Of a stretch of DNA of 64,000 bases, positions 49,894-62,169 are shown in pieces. The translations under genes and the position numbers were made by a program. Below the pieces are notes generated by a model. It saw only the letters and a list, made by a program, of their open reading frames with translations, did no database searches and was not told the DNA's origin. Within the stretch, counting starts at the first letter, position 1. Each line of letters starts with the position of its first letter. The DNA comes from Selaginella moellendorffii (Eukaryota; Plantae; Lycopodiophyta), in assembly GCF_000143415.4 (NCBI RefSeq), contig NW_003314266.1, positions 1,262,463-1,326,462 of the forward strand, in the 5' to 3' direction.

Positions 49894-51277
49894 ATGGATG
49901 CTCTTGGTCACAAGGCGTGCAATTTTGCGGACGTCGAATACTTTTGTCAGGTATGGCTGAATGGTTCTTGAAAAACAAGCGTGGTTTTCTTCTCTCTTTT
50001 TTCGCAGGAGCTGCCGCATTACAGCGATTGGGAATCAAATTCATTTCTTCCCTTGAATTTTCCGGATCCTTCCTCCGTTCCAACTCTTTGTCACAATTTG
50101 GCCAGTTCTCTTCCACATTGCAGCAGCAGCAGCAGCAGCAGCAGCCTTGTCTTGGCCAACCAGGAACTCTTGAGGTCTGAAGTTCCCAACGGTTTCCAGG
50201 ATTTGGGATTTTTTGGTAGTTTTTTAACGACTATAGGCTCCGAGGCTAATCACTTCACAGGAGCCACTAGCAACCACTTGACAACGCCCTCTGGGACCTG
50301 TTGGAACGCATGCGCCGCACAGCTCCCTTATGAAACGGCGAGCAGCTCAATCTCATCTGAAGGACTTGTTCTAGATCCGGATTCTTCCGATGGCAACTTA
50401 CCAAGACAACGTGAAGCAGCCGGTGAAGCTGACGATTCGTATAAGAAGCTGTCAACAAATGCAGAAGAACAGGCTGTAAGCAGTGTCCTCGAAAGCAAAG
50501 ACGTCTTAGATGGCGGCGCCGCCGAGTTTACCGAAAGGGACAATACCGGGTACAAGACAACAGGATTCCACGGAGGGAAGAGAGGACTACCCGCGAAGAA
50601 CCTCATGGCGGAACGAAGACGGAGGAAGAAACTCAACGATAGGCTCTACACACTCCGCTCGATTGTTCCCAAGATCAGCAAGGTAAAGTCAGTCAGCCTT
50701 TCGTTTTCCTTTCATTTTCTCAGTTTCGTGGGTGTAACAGATGGATCGGACCTCAATCCTGGGGGATGCCATTGACTATCTGAAGGAACTGCAGCAGAGA
50801 ATAGAGACCGTCTACACCGATCTCCAAAGTCCCGTTATGAGCTTTGCAAGCAAGCAGAAGCTTTTGTTCGAGGAAGAGCTTCAAACCAGCGTGACGTTTC
50901 CAATGGAGGTAAGCAAACTTTTTTTTTTTCCATGGATTTATAGTGTTGGGAACCCCAGGTTGACGTTCAGACGAGCGGTGCCAATGCTATAAGCATACAC
51001 ATGTTTTGCGAGCAACGGCCTGGTCTGTTGCTGTCCACAATGCGCGCTCTCGATGGACTGGGAGTCGACGTGCAAGAGGCCGACATCAAGTTCACGAATG
51101 GCTTCCAACTGGAAATTTATGCCGAGGTGATGAAACCGCAACTTTTCTAATACTATCGTTTCTGATGTTCTCTCTTCTGGCTTGCAGCAATCAACGAAAA
51201 AACTAGCTAGCCCCGAAGAGATCAAAGCTGTGCTAATGCACACTGCGGGCTACTTCAATCCAGTGATGCCGTGCTAG
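49894..51277 (+). CDS. bHLH subfamily IIIb (ICE1/SCRM-like) transcription factor with ACT-like C-terminus
   Basis: Exons 49894-49950, 50008-50682, 50741-50908, ~50944-51126, 51188-51277. Motifs [65 protein letters not shown]. Confidence 0.93.
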
Positions 51278-51450
51278 CTTTGCACTTCTAACATATAAAA
51301 CCAAAACCCAAGGTAACATCTCAATACAATTCTAATGCTTGTTATTCTAGTTTACTAGAGCTCGAAATCTAGCAAGCAAGCAAGCAAGAAAGTATTCAAG
51401 TTTCGAAGCTTTCTTTCTCGAAAAGCTTTGCAAACTTTCTTCTCCATCAC

Positions 51451-52701
51451 TCAGAGCTCGGAGCACGTCGCTGGCGCAAACGAGATGGTGGAACCCGGGT
51501 TGTCGAAAAGAATGTGATAGTGGCGTTGCATCAGACTGCCAATGACGCTCACATCTCCCGGATCGCGCATCGCAATGGCCACACAAACCCAGCCGGATCC
51601 ATTCGACAAGATGTAGTTCTTTTGGCTGAGAACCATCCGCGCGCTCTCAAAGTGGAGCTCCATGAATGGAAACTTGTAGCTTGGTGTAGCACAGCTCCAA
51701 GTTAAACATGTTGCCCCAAGTTCTAGGCAGCGAGGCCTGAGGATAGAAGGCATTCTGGATGCGCCTGGTAATGGAGATCGGTGAGAAGAGTGGCCGAGTC
51801 GAACATCACGGCATGGCCACCATTCCTCCCCGAGCTCACAGCGCCAGAGTCGTTTCGAGCGATGGCGATGACGCTGGATCCAACCGTGATCGCGCGGAGC
51901 TCGGCGAAGTAGTAGCGGCCATGGCCGGGACTCGACAGCATTGGAAACCTGTGGACGCCCTCGCCGTGGATGCGAGCACGGCCCAGGAAGAGCACTCTGG
52001 AGCCCGCGTTCTTGGACGAGAGACAGTAGGAGAACTTGTTCTCCGTGATCTCGGAGTAGTACGAGTGGCGGGAATCGGTGAGCTGCGACACCAGCGAGAG
52101 CGCGCCTCGCCCCAGCCCGATCACTCCCGAGAGACCTTCGGTTTTTTCTCTCGCAGCCAAAGAGGGTGTCGGGGACGGGGATCCTTTCCGTCCAGCGACC
52201 TCTGGCGTAAACGAGGGTGACGGTCTCGGGCCACCGCGCCCGGCGTGGCCGATCGCGCTGGAGGGATAGTAGATGCAAGTGTTGCTGCCATCGCAGCTAT
52301 GAGAAGGCGCGAGGCGGCAGCGCGAGTCACTGCAGCTTACGTTCTTGAAGCTGGAAGATCTTTCCTCGACTTAGTCGTAAGGGCCGCAGCGCGCCCACAC
52401 GAGATCCAGCGATCGCTAGGATCTCTTGATCGGGCGTTCCGAGGTGGAAGATCGTCCACCAGCTTTCGTCCCAGGTGGACAGGGAGAAATTGGCAGGGCG
52501 CGAACTCGAGGAGGAGGATGATGATGATGATGATGATCCGGACAAGAACTTGACGCGCGAGTGGCTGCTCTAGATGGACGATGCCAATTCCCGAGAGGGT
52601 CGCTTGCTTAGCTCGACTCGGATGCCTTCGATCGAGTCTGGGCGAGCAGCAGCAACGAGGAGGAGTGCTGTGAAAGTGATCGTCAAAACAGGGGACACCA
52701 T
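51451..52701 (-). pseudogene. Aspartic protease (nepenthesin-like) pseudogene
   Basis: Signal peptide then a stop at 52570; frameshifts; first DTG lost and second reads DSAT. Intact-looking GVIGLGRGALSLVSQL, KFSYCL and VIGSLMQR remain. Confidence 0.88.
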
Positions 52702-53049
52702 TTGGGATGTGTTCTTGGATCCGGAGAGCTCTTCCAAGCGAGATCGATGATCAAAATTCTCGACTTCTACGCGCAATTTCCTTGATATATATCATGGATT
52801 CGTCGTGTGATCATGCCAAGAGTATGCATTCTCTAAGGACAACGCATTTTTGCCTTGAGTTGCAAAGATCCCGCATCCACAGCGATCAAGGATGATCTCG
52901 TTTGTTCCTCTGCTGTGAGATCGATTCTAGGAATCCGCAGTGGCCTCCAATCCAGGAATTTCTTTCCCGCTCTAAAACCCTAGCTAGTGATTCGCGCCAT
53001 CTCTCAAGCCCTAACCAGTGAGGGAGAAGGGGGAATATCCCCTTCTCCC

Positions 53050-54726
53050 ATGAGCCTAGCTAGAAGGGCAAGATCGGTGGTCACTTCCTTCGTCTATACC
53101 CTAGGGTTCTCGGCGGCGATCGATCAGCTCCTGTGCGGGCGCGTCCAGGTCGACAAGGCCGATCTCCTCTACCTCATCAAGCAATGCGGCCACGAGCGCG
53201 CGCTGGGCAGCGGCCAGCGCCTCGCCGCCTACATCGATCGCGGCCTCTACCGCAGCGACCGGTACGTGCTCAATCTCCTGGTGGACATGTATGGCAAGTG
53301 CTGCCAGATCCGCGACGCGCGCCTCGTCTTCGATCGCATCGCGCCCAAGAACGAGTTCTCCTGGACCCAGATCGTCAAGGCGTATGCCCACAATGGGCAT
53401 TTGCTCGAGGCCATACTGTTCTTCCGCAAGTCCCTCCTGGAAGGCATGGATCCCTCCGACTACGCTTGCAGCATCGTTATCGGCGTGTGCTGCAGCCTGG
53501 GATCGCTCCAGGATGGGCGATTCGTGCACGCGGTGGTGAGAGATCGAGGCTACGAATCCGATCCCCACGTCGCGGCGGGATTGATCCACATGTATAGCAG
53601 CTGTGGATGCATGGACGAGGCGAGCACGGCCTTCCGGAGGACGAACCACCGGGATCGATTCATCTACACGGCGATGATCGGTGGATTCGCGCAGGCCGGG
53701 CAGTGCCGCGAGGCGGTCGTCCTCTTCCGGGAGATGGATCTGGATGGGATCACCGGCGACAACATCACGTTCGTGAGCGCGATCGGGGCTTTCCAGGACT
53801 TGGGCGATCCGCGGCAGTGCCGGGCGATCCACGAGTGCGCTGCGCAGGCCGGGGTGGAGTCGGACTGCCTCGTCCAGACGGCGCTGCTCAACATGTACTC
53901 GCAGTGTGGATTCGCGGAGGAGGCGCTCCAGGTCTTCGGGGAGATGGCGGAGAGAGACAGGGTGGCGTGGAGCTCCACCATCGCGGCGTGCGCTCGCCAC
54001 GGCTATGGACGCCAGGCCATGGAGCTCTTCCGCCGGATGGAGCTCGAGGGGATCAAGCCCGACATCGTGGTCCTCTCCAGCCTCCTGGACGCGTGCTCCA
54101 GCGTCGAAGCGCTGGCCGAGGGGGCGATGATCCACGCCAGGATCATCGCCGGGGGCTTCCACCGCGACCGCATCCTCGACGCCGCCATCCTCAACATGTA
54201 CGCCAAGTGTGGCAGCGCCGCCAGCGCCAGGCTCGCCTTCGACGAGCAGTCCCCCGACGATCCAGTCTCGTGGAACGTGATGATCGGGGCGTGCGCAAAG
54301 GCGGGCCTGGATCTCGAGGCGATCGAGAGCTACCGGCAGATGCAAGCGCTCGGGATAGATCCCACGCCCGTCACCTTCATCACTGTTCTAGCGGCGTGCA
54401 GCCACTCCGGCTTCCTGGCCGAGGCCAGGATCCAGTTCCTGTCGATGATCCAGGACTTTGGGATCGCTCCCGACGTGGATTGCTACTGCTGCCTGGTGGA
54501 TCTGCTGGCCAGGACGGGGGATCTGGAGGCCGGGGAGGAGCTCATGCTCAGCATGCCGTTTGAGCCGTTTGAGGCCGGGTGGACAAGCTTGCTGAGCGCT
54601 TGCGGCGTCCATGGCGATCGAGGCCGGGCCACGCGCATCGCTGGAGCTGGAGCGAGCATCGCCCCCGAGACGTCTGCGCATTACGTGCTCCTCTCCAACA
54701 TGAAGAGGGAGGAAGAATGTCTATAA
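53050..54726 (+). CDS. PLS-class PPR protein ending in a truncated E domain (no DYW), single exon
   Basis: Repeated LVDMYGKC, LLNMYSQCG, SWNVMIGA motifs; CLVDLLARTG, SMPFEP, WTSLLSAC, HYVLLSNM. Confidence 0.95.
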   Translation: MSLARRARSVVTSFVYTLGFSAAIDQLLCGRVQVDKADLLYLIKQCGHERALGSGQRLAAYIDRGLYRSDRYVLNLLVDMYGKCCQIRDARLVFDRIAPKNEFSWTQIVKAYAHNGHLLEAILFFRKSLLEGMDPSDYACSIVIGVCCSLGSLQDGRFVHAVVRDRGYESDPHVAAGLIHMYSSCGCMDEASTAFRRTNHRDRFIYTAMIGGFAQAGQCREAVVLFREMDLDGITGDNITFVSAIGAFQDLGDPRQCRAIHECAAQAGVESDCLVQTALLNMYSQCGFAEEALQVFGEMAERDRVAWSSTIAACARHGYGRQAMELFRRMELEGIKPDIVVLSSLLDACSSVEALAEGAMIHARIIAGGFHRDRILDAAILNMYAKCGSAASARLAFDEQSPDDPVSWNVMIGACAKAGLDLEAIESYRQMQALGIDPTPVTFITVLAACSHSGFLAEARIQFLSMIQDFGIAPDVDCYCCLVDLLARTGDLEAGEELMLSMPFEPFEAGWTSLLSACGVHGDRGRATRIAGAGASIAPETSAHYVLLSNMKREEECL

Positions 54727-55090
54727 TCTATGCTACTCTCTCCCAAAACAAAAGAGTTCCAATCCCAAGAAGTGTAGTTCTTCCAAATCCAAGCCTTCCA
54801 CGTTTGAGTTTGTTTGACTTGAAATGCTGCTTGGACTTTTTCTTCTTGGACTTTAAGGCCGTGGTCACTATTTTATTTTTCCCATGGTTTAGCCTTGAGA
54901 TTAGACTTATTAGAAAGTGGTAGAGTCCTATAACAACACTAATACAGTGTTAAAATTATACGAAGCGAGTTCGAGAGAGAAAAAAAAATCTTTGCCTGAA
55001 GTCAGCCAAGCGTCTAGCCCAAATGTGTAGAAATGTGAGAAGTGATTACTATAGCGCAAAAGGGCATCGATCGATCATTCTTCCAATCCG

Positions 55091-56669
55091 ATGAAGGTAC
55101 CGGCTTTTCTCCTCTCTGCCGGCGGCAATTCCACCACAAATGTGCTGCTGGTCGGGACAATCTTCCTCCTCGCCTCCCTGCTCGTCATCCTCGGGACCAA
55201 GAGCAGCAGCAGCAGCAGCAGCGTCGAATTCGTGATGCCCATCACACAGTCCTGCGAGAATTCGTCGTCCAACTTGTCAGTGTCCACGAATTTCGGCCCA
55301 GCTGCGGCGATTGATCCAATTCCTGCGCCAGAGGAGCAGGGGACCGGGATACACTCCAGCGTCCGGCATCTCCATCCATTCGGCATCGCCTCCTACATAT
55401 TCGTCCTCACTGGCGGCTATAGAACCCAGACCAGATCCTTCGCGGTCGTGGGCCTCGCCGCCAAGTCTCTACACGTCTTTGGCAAGCCCAATTTCGCGTG
55501 CGAATGGGTGCCCGACTCCACCACCTCGGACTCTCCTTCCATCTTTGGCAGCGCAAGAAAAATCTGGCCCGACTGGGGCTATGGCCGCGTCTACACCGTG
55601 GTAGTCGTCCACTGCTACTTCAAATCCTCCGTGGGCGAGAACGGCAGCGGCGGGCGATTGATCCTCCATGCCGGCGAGAAGGGATCCGCCACGCCGGCCT
55701 CCAAGATCACCGCGCTTGTGGAAGCGCCAGGATCATACTCTCCCTCCCAGTTCCTCCCAAAGTACGACTACCTCTACTGCGGCTCCTCGCTGTTTGGCGA
55801 CGTCAATCCACAGCGGCTTCGCGAGTGGATCGCATACCACGCCTGGCTGTTTGGACCGAGATCGCATTTCGTGCTCCACGACGCCGGCGGCGCGCGATCC
55901 AAGGGCGTGAGATCAGTGCTGGAGCCTTGGGTCCGATCGGGCCGAGTGACCGTCCAGGATTTTCGCGAGCAAGCACGCTTCGATGGCTACTACCATAACC
56001 AGTTCCTGGTCGTGAACGATTGCTTGTTTCGCTACAAGCACGCCGCCAATTGGACCTTTTTCTTCGACGTGGACGAGTACGTACACGTTCCCGGCCCATC
56101 CACGTTGGGTTCCGTGCTGAACGAGCTTGGCCAAAAGTACTCTCAGATCATCTTTAAGCAGACCCCCATGGGCCACAATGTGTGCATCGACAGCAATCGT
56201 ACGAACTTATCTAGGTGACTCTGTGTGTGTGTGTGTGATCGTTTAGAGCTAGAGTTCCTTTTAGATCGCCTTGGTGTTTCTTCTATATCTTACGGTCGCT
56301 TCATCTTCTTCTTCCAGACAATGGGGATTTGAGAAGCTGGTTTTCATCAACGTCAACGTCCAAAAAACGTTGCATCTCGAGCGAAAGTACGTATTGCGAG
56401 CGCCACTAGCAGATTCCGCAGGAGTCCATCTCTCGCAGAATATAAGAGGGAAGAGCATCTACTCGAAAGACCAGATTTCTTACTACCACTTCCACAACAC
56501 CATCAGCGAACACCAGGAGAATTGCCGAGAGTTTGTCAAGGTTCCCAAGCACAAGACTTCCAAAGTGTGGCTCAACAAAGTCCCGTACCTTTATGACGAT
56601 AGATTGAGCTCTTTGGCTGATAAGGTGAAGGAGTTTGAGCTACAAACCATTGGTCCAGTAACACTGTAG
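55091..56669 (+). CDS. GALS: GT92/DUF23 beta-1,4-galactan synthase, copy 1
   Basis: Exons 55091-56214 and 56318-56669. Motifs PDWGYGRVYTVVVV, YDYLYCGSSL, REWIAYH, NQFLVVNDCL, FFDVDEY, YYHFHNTI. Confidence 0.95.
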
Positions 56670-56909
56670 AGAAAAAAGATTAAACAGGTCAGAGCCATTC
56701 TTTGTAAAGGACTAGAAACTTATATGATACCCGAGGCCAGCTGGCCCATACAGGATTTCCAACTGACAAAATGTTTATTGCTGATCACATACATGGCATT
56801 TTCCTGTAGGAAGCAAATTAACTTCACAACACTGACTGGATTTGCCGCTATGGAGCCGTGGTTAAACTAGAATATAAAAGGGATTTAGTACCTGTTAAGG
56901 AGGGAGATC

Positions 56910-57134
56910 TTGGTTCTCTTCTATCAGAGCACCAGAGTATTGTCCAGGAAAGCTGAAGATCGGCTGGATATGGTGAAAAGAGTAGATAAGAACATCAGCA
57001 TGCGATTCGGCTGCCGCCTTGAGTTCGTGAGCGATTTAGGTACGCAGTTTATTAATACGGTTATTGCAGACACCGTATCCTCCTTAGCAAATGGCGAAGT
57101 TGAGCGGACAAACAAGACGCTATATGCACTATGA
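56910..57134 (+). mobile_element. Ty3/gypsy integrase core relic
   Basis: RFGC..FVSDLGTQF...ANGEVERTNKTL. Confidence 0.7.
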
Positions 57135-57314
57135 CTAAGATTTGCAACGCTGGGACTTGAAACACTAGCGGTGCAAATCTTAGTCAGAGTGTCACATAGT
57201 CTCTTGTTTGCCACACAACTATGTGCGGAGAGTCGATGAGTTGGGCATGAGAGCTGCAATAACCTAAAATGCTACCTCTATCTCAATCAGGCAGCCAAAT
57301 CACGTGACACGGTG

Positions 57315-57630
57315 TGCATTCACAGAGGAACCCTCCAAGTCTTCAGGGAGTCGCCACAGCTACCTGCCATTGGACCTCTTCTGTCAGATGGAGCTCGCTT
57401 GACATTGTAGTCCTCTCGAATGGAAAGGTCATCTCGATCGCCTCTAGATCCAGGCCGCGCAGATCATCACATTCCAAGAGACTGGACTTCTAGTCAACAA
57501 TGGTGTCAAAGGATTCAATTGTGGTGGAAGCGGCGATGATGATTATCGCCCTCTCGACTAGAGCCTCGATGCTGATGCAAGCTCTCGGGATAGATCCCAC
57601 GCTATGTAGTTGTTCTAGCACTGCTGCCGC
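57315..57630 (+). pseudogene. Eroded duplicate of the PPR gene
   Basis: Blocks matching 53910-54400, for example GATGCAAGCTCTCGGGATAGATCCCACGC and GATGGAGCTCG, separated by deletions. Confidence 0.75.
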
Positions 57631-58527
57631 TGGCCATATTTTGAGTTTGTAACTTATAAGCAAAAGGCAGGATTGAACCTTTCGTTTTATATTTCTCAAA
57701 TATTAAGAAACAAGGAATCGCAAAACCAGAGAAGGAGCCGAGAACTCCAATCCAAAGGAATATTGTTGTTGCTAAGTCTTCTCCCACGCCTTGAACTTTT
57801 CTCGACTTGAACTTCTGGGACTTTAGGCTTTGGATCTTCTTCTTCTTCGCCACCATTTCTGCTAAGTAGTCGTCATGATTATGTTCTTCCCATTTTCAAC
57901 GCCTCTCCATGATCTGCTCAGCAGTGAAGTTACTTTGCAGCGATCCATGTCCATGATCTGCCGGGGAGTGTAGGTTTGTGTCCTGACGTGAAAAGGATAC
58001 CATTATACGTGAAAAGGAAACTATTATAATAACCGCTAATGTGGATTCCATGCTTGCAAAACGCATTCCAACTTACAAAACCTCGACTTTACTTTCATTT
58101 GAAGCCGCGAGGACCGAAAAACTCGAAAAAATCTGAAAACGATTAATTAGAACAATGGCTTTGCGAGCAAGTATATAAAACTGAGAAAAGCGTCCGAGAG
58201 AATCGCCAAAAGCACCACACCAGTGGTGGGATGGAATTGAAGCACTAGCAACCACGATAACGATATGACCTCGTCCGTACGAGACGGCGGGTGTGCCGTA
58301 CGCCTCACAATGGGCCACGCGAACGAGAGAAATAGAAGAGAAAAGAAGCTATCTATTTCTATGCCGTAAGTCGGAAGGCGTCTGCGAGGAGCCCAGCCGT
58401 GTAGAAATGTGAGAGTCGACACTTCAGCGCAAAAGGGTATTGATCGATCGTTCTCCCAATCCAGAATTCTCAAGAATTCCATTCCATGCCACATTCCAGA
58501 ATCGGATCGATCGATCCAGCTTTCCAG

Positions 58528-60210
58528 ATGAAGGCGCCGGTTGCAGCGCCGGGTCTGCTCCTCCTCCACGCCTCCGCCAGCGGCAAATCCACCGCGAATG
58601 TGCTGCTGGTCGGGACAATCTTCCTCGTCGCCTCCCTGCTCGTCATCCTCGGGTCCTTCACGACCAAGAGCAGCGGCAGCAGCAGCAGCAGCGTCGAATT
58701 CGTGATGCCCGTCACGCAGTCCTGCGAGAAATCGTCGCCCAGCTCGTCAATGTCCAAGAATTTCGTCCCCGCTGAGGCAATTGATCCAATTCCCGCGCTC
58801 GAAGAACAGGGGACCGGGATACACTCCAATGTCCGCCATCTCCATCCAATCGGCGTCGCCGCCCACACATTCGTCCTCACTGGAGGCTATAGAACAGAGA
58901 AGAGGTCCTTCGCGGTCGTGGGCCTCGCCTCCAAGCCCCTCCACGTCTTTGGCAAGCCCGAGTTCTCGTGTGAATGGGTGCCCACCACCTCGGCCTCCCA
59001 GCCCACCTCGGACTCTCCTTCTTCTTCTTCCATCTTTGGCCGCGCAAAGAGAATCTTGCCCGACTGGGGCTATGGCCGCGTCTACACCGTGGTAGTCGTC
59101 CACTGCTACTTCAAATCCTCCGTGGGCGAGAACGGCAGCGGCGGGCGATTGATCCTCCATGCCGGCGAGAAGGGATCCGCCACGCCGGCCTCCAAGATCA
59201 CCGCGCTTGTGGAAGCGCCAGGATCGTACTCTCCCTCCCAGTTCCTCCCAAAGTACGACTACCTCTACTGCGGCTCCTCGCTGTTTGGCGACATCAATCC
59301 ACAGCGGCTGCGCGAGTGGATCGCGTACCACGCCTGGCTGTTCGGACCAAGATCGCATTTCGTGCTCCACGACGTCGGCGGCGCGCGATCCAAGGGAGTG
59401 AGATCAGTGCTGGAGCCTTGGATCCGATCCGGGCGAGTGACCGTCCAGGATTTTCGCGAGCAAGCGCGCTTCGATGGCTACTACTATAACCAGTTCCTGG
59501 TCGTGAACGATTGCTTGTTTCGCTACAAGCACGCAGCCAATTGGACCTTCTTCTTCGACGTGGACGAGTACGTAAACGTTCCCGGCCCATCCACGCTAGA
59601 TTCCGTGCTGGACGAGCTTGGCCAAAACTACTCGCAGATCATGTTTGAGCAGAACCTCATGGGCCACAATGTGTGTGTAAATAGCAATCGTACGGACAGA
59701 TCCAGGTGAGAACCTCTCTCCCTCTCATCGCAGAAAAAATTCGTAGAAAGATCGTCTCTCTGGTCGTAGACGTAGAAAGATCGTTTAGAGCTTTCAAGTT
59801 TCCAGAGTTCTCGTTGATCCTAGATCGTCCTTCAAGTTCTTACGATCGCTTGATCTTCTTCCAGGCAATGGGGATTCGAGAAGCTTGTTTTCATCAACGT
59901 CCAAAAATCGGTGCGTCTCGATCGAAAGTACGTGCTGCGAGCGCCGCTGGCGGATTCAGCAGGAGTCCATCTCTCGGAGAACGTAAGAGGGAAGAGCCTC
60001 TACTCGAGAGGCCAGATTTCCTACTTCCACTTCCACAACACCATCACCGAGCACCAGGAGAATTGCCGAGAGTTTGTCAAGGTTCCCAAGAACAGGACCT
60101 CCAAAGTGTGGCTCAACAAAATCCCGTACCTATACGACGATAAATTGAGCACCTTGGCTGATGAGGTGAAGCAGTTTGAGCTCCAAACCATCGGTCCAGT
60201 TACACTGTAG
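58528..60210 (+). CDS. GALS: GT92/DUF23 beta-1,4-galactan synthase, copy 2
   Basis: Exons 58528-59705 and 59865-60210; tandem paralog of copy 1 with the same motifs. Confidence 0.95.
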
Positions 60211-60894
60211 AGAAAGAAGATTAGACACATTCTTTGTAGAGAACTAAAAACTTGTATAGTATTTTGTGATACCGCGGCAGGAATCAGGATGCATCCAGGA
60301 TTTCCAGCTGATAGAATGTTTAGTGCTGATCAAATGCGTACATAGAAACGAAACCTTACGTTCCACGACGAAACCAGCTGGTCCCGAGTCGTTGCATCCA
60401 GCCTTTCAAGCTGACGTTTCAGATGTTCTGTAAGTCTCAAAGGAAAAGAAAAAAGGAAAAGATTGAAAGTGAATACTAACTTGAGCAGTGTAGACTGCGC
60501 GTCGGTTGGATCCAATGCAAAATTGACAGACGCCGACGAGTGTGGGAAAATTTTGGCTTCTTCTTTCCTGTTTCTTCGTACCACAGAGGCCCGCGTGTGT
60601 TAGAACAAACTTATAAAAATCTGGTGGTCACCTTGCAGAAGTTGACAAACTTGGATGTTGACGCAGAAACCGCAACGCTGCCTCGCGTTGCCAGTGAACA
60701 CGGGCACAAGAAAGAATTTCTGTTTGAATCACTTCTGTTGGTAACAATAATCATAATATCACACAAAAAATATATGATTCAACTAACTTGCTCAGAGAGA
60801 TGTGCCTGCACAGAGGAAGAACAAGATCAGTCGCAAATATCACTTTTTTTTCTCTCTCTTTACCGTCAAGCTGTGAGATCACAGATGGTTTTGG

Positions 60895-62169
60895 TCAATC
60901 GAGACGTCGCAGAAGGTATTCGACTTGGACGTCCTTTGTCAAAGGCATCACCCAATCTCCGTAGAGGCGAGCAACGAGCTTGGGTTCTACTTTGTAAAGT
61001 GGAGTCGGCTTGGTTCCATTTGCGTCAATCTCTTGCCCGTAAGTTCTTGCTTTGTGCTCCACGCGCTTTTGCACGCTCGCCTCTACGCTCTCAAACGTGA
61101 CCAGCCTCATTAATTCTTGCGGGTCCTGGTGAGAGAAAGGCTAGAAGTCAAGACAGATCTTGAAAGAAAATGTAAACACCTGTGCTCGGATATGAGGTTC
61201 GAATAGATGTGGTGACTCACGAAACTTGGCCTCGGCAACGAACTTCCCGTAGTGTATTCTTTTCGAGAGGGCCTGAAAAGGAAAAAGAAAAGAAAAGGTC
61301 GTTAAAGGAAATCTCGACTTTGTGCCGCGAAAGTACAAACCTGGAGACACTTCACGTCACAGGCCGCTGTTGAGCCATAATTGCCATCATCCCCGTCAGA
61401 TACAAAGGAAGGCAGCAAGTTGCTATAGTACATTTTCCAGATCCTCGTGTTAATGTTGATGGCTTTGGCCGCTTGATGGAGCACCTGCACAAAAACAAGC
61501 TTTCATTGCTTGGATCCCAGATATGGCCCATGTCTCTCACCTTGGGATACTCGAGTGGAGGAAGTATAGGCTCCGGCAAATCATCTGGGAAAAAAGCGTG
61601 TTCATCAGGGGAGCAGTATCTTCGGACCTGCCAAACGAAAAAGAAAGAAGACTTCACAAAGTTATCTCATGGTGGTCATAAAAGAAACGAATAGACAAAG
61701 AGAGAAGCAAAGAGAAGACAAAAAAGCTTGCCTTGGCATGGAGGCACTCGGTTTCTTTGAGCATGAACTCCACCAGGGAGCCATCAAAGCCAGGAATGCG
61801 AAACCTGTTAGGATCATACGTCCGCGTATTCATCTTGTACTGCGCTCGCTCGATCAAGCTAAAGATGATATTATCCTCTTGTTGGATCAACGAGTCCCGG
61901 ATGGCATCCAGGGTCAAATTCTCGCTCTCGTCCTTGACACCATCTTCCACGATCCTAAAACACTCCATTATCACTCGAAAACGAGGAGCGCGAGGCACAT
62001 ACCCGAGAGAAGCGCTGGCCCTGGGATGGATGAGCGAAATCAGTGGAGCGCACTGCCGCATTGTCCTCCCGAAGCTCGCTCTGGCTGGAATTTCGATTCT
62101 CTGGCGAGGCGCGACGAATCCAGCTCTGGCGCTCGGCGGCGACCTAGAGAGGAGTCCCTGTTGAGCCAT
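60895..62169 (-). CDS. CM: Chorismate mutase (AroQ type) with probable plastid transit peptide
   Basis: [76 protein letters not shown]. Confidence 0.96.

Noticed and set aside
53101-54345. 414-aa antisense ORF and other long overlapping ORFs on the PPR, protease, GAE and GALS genes
   Set aside because: Shadow ORFs expected from high GC at third codon positions; no recognisable domains.
5612-62169. Specialised-metabolite cluster built on the dioxygenase and chorismate mutase
   Set aside because: They are about 54 kb apart with no scaffold-forming or other tailoring enzymes between them.
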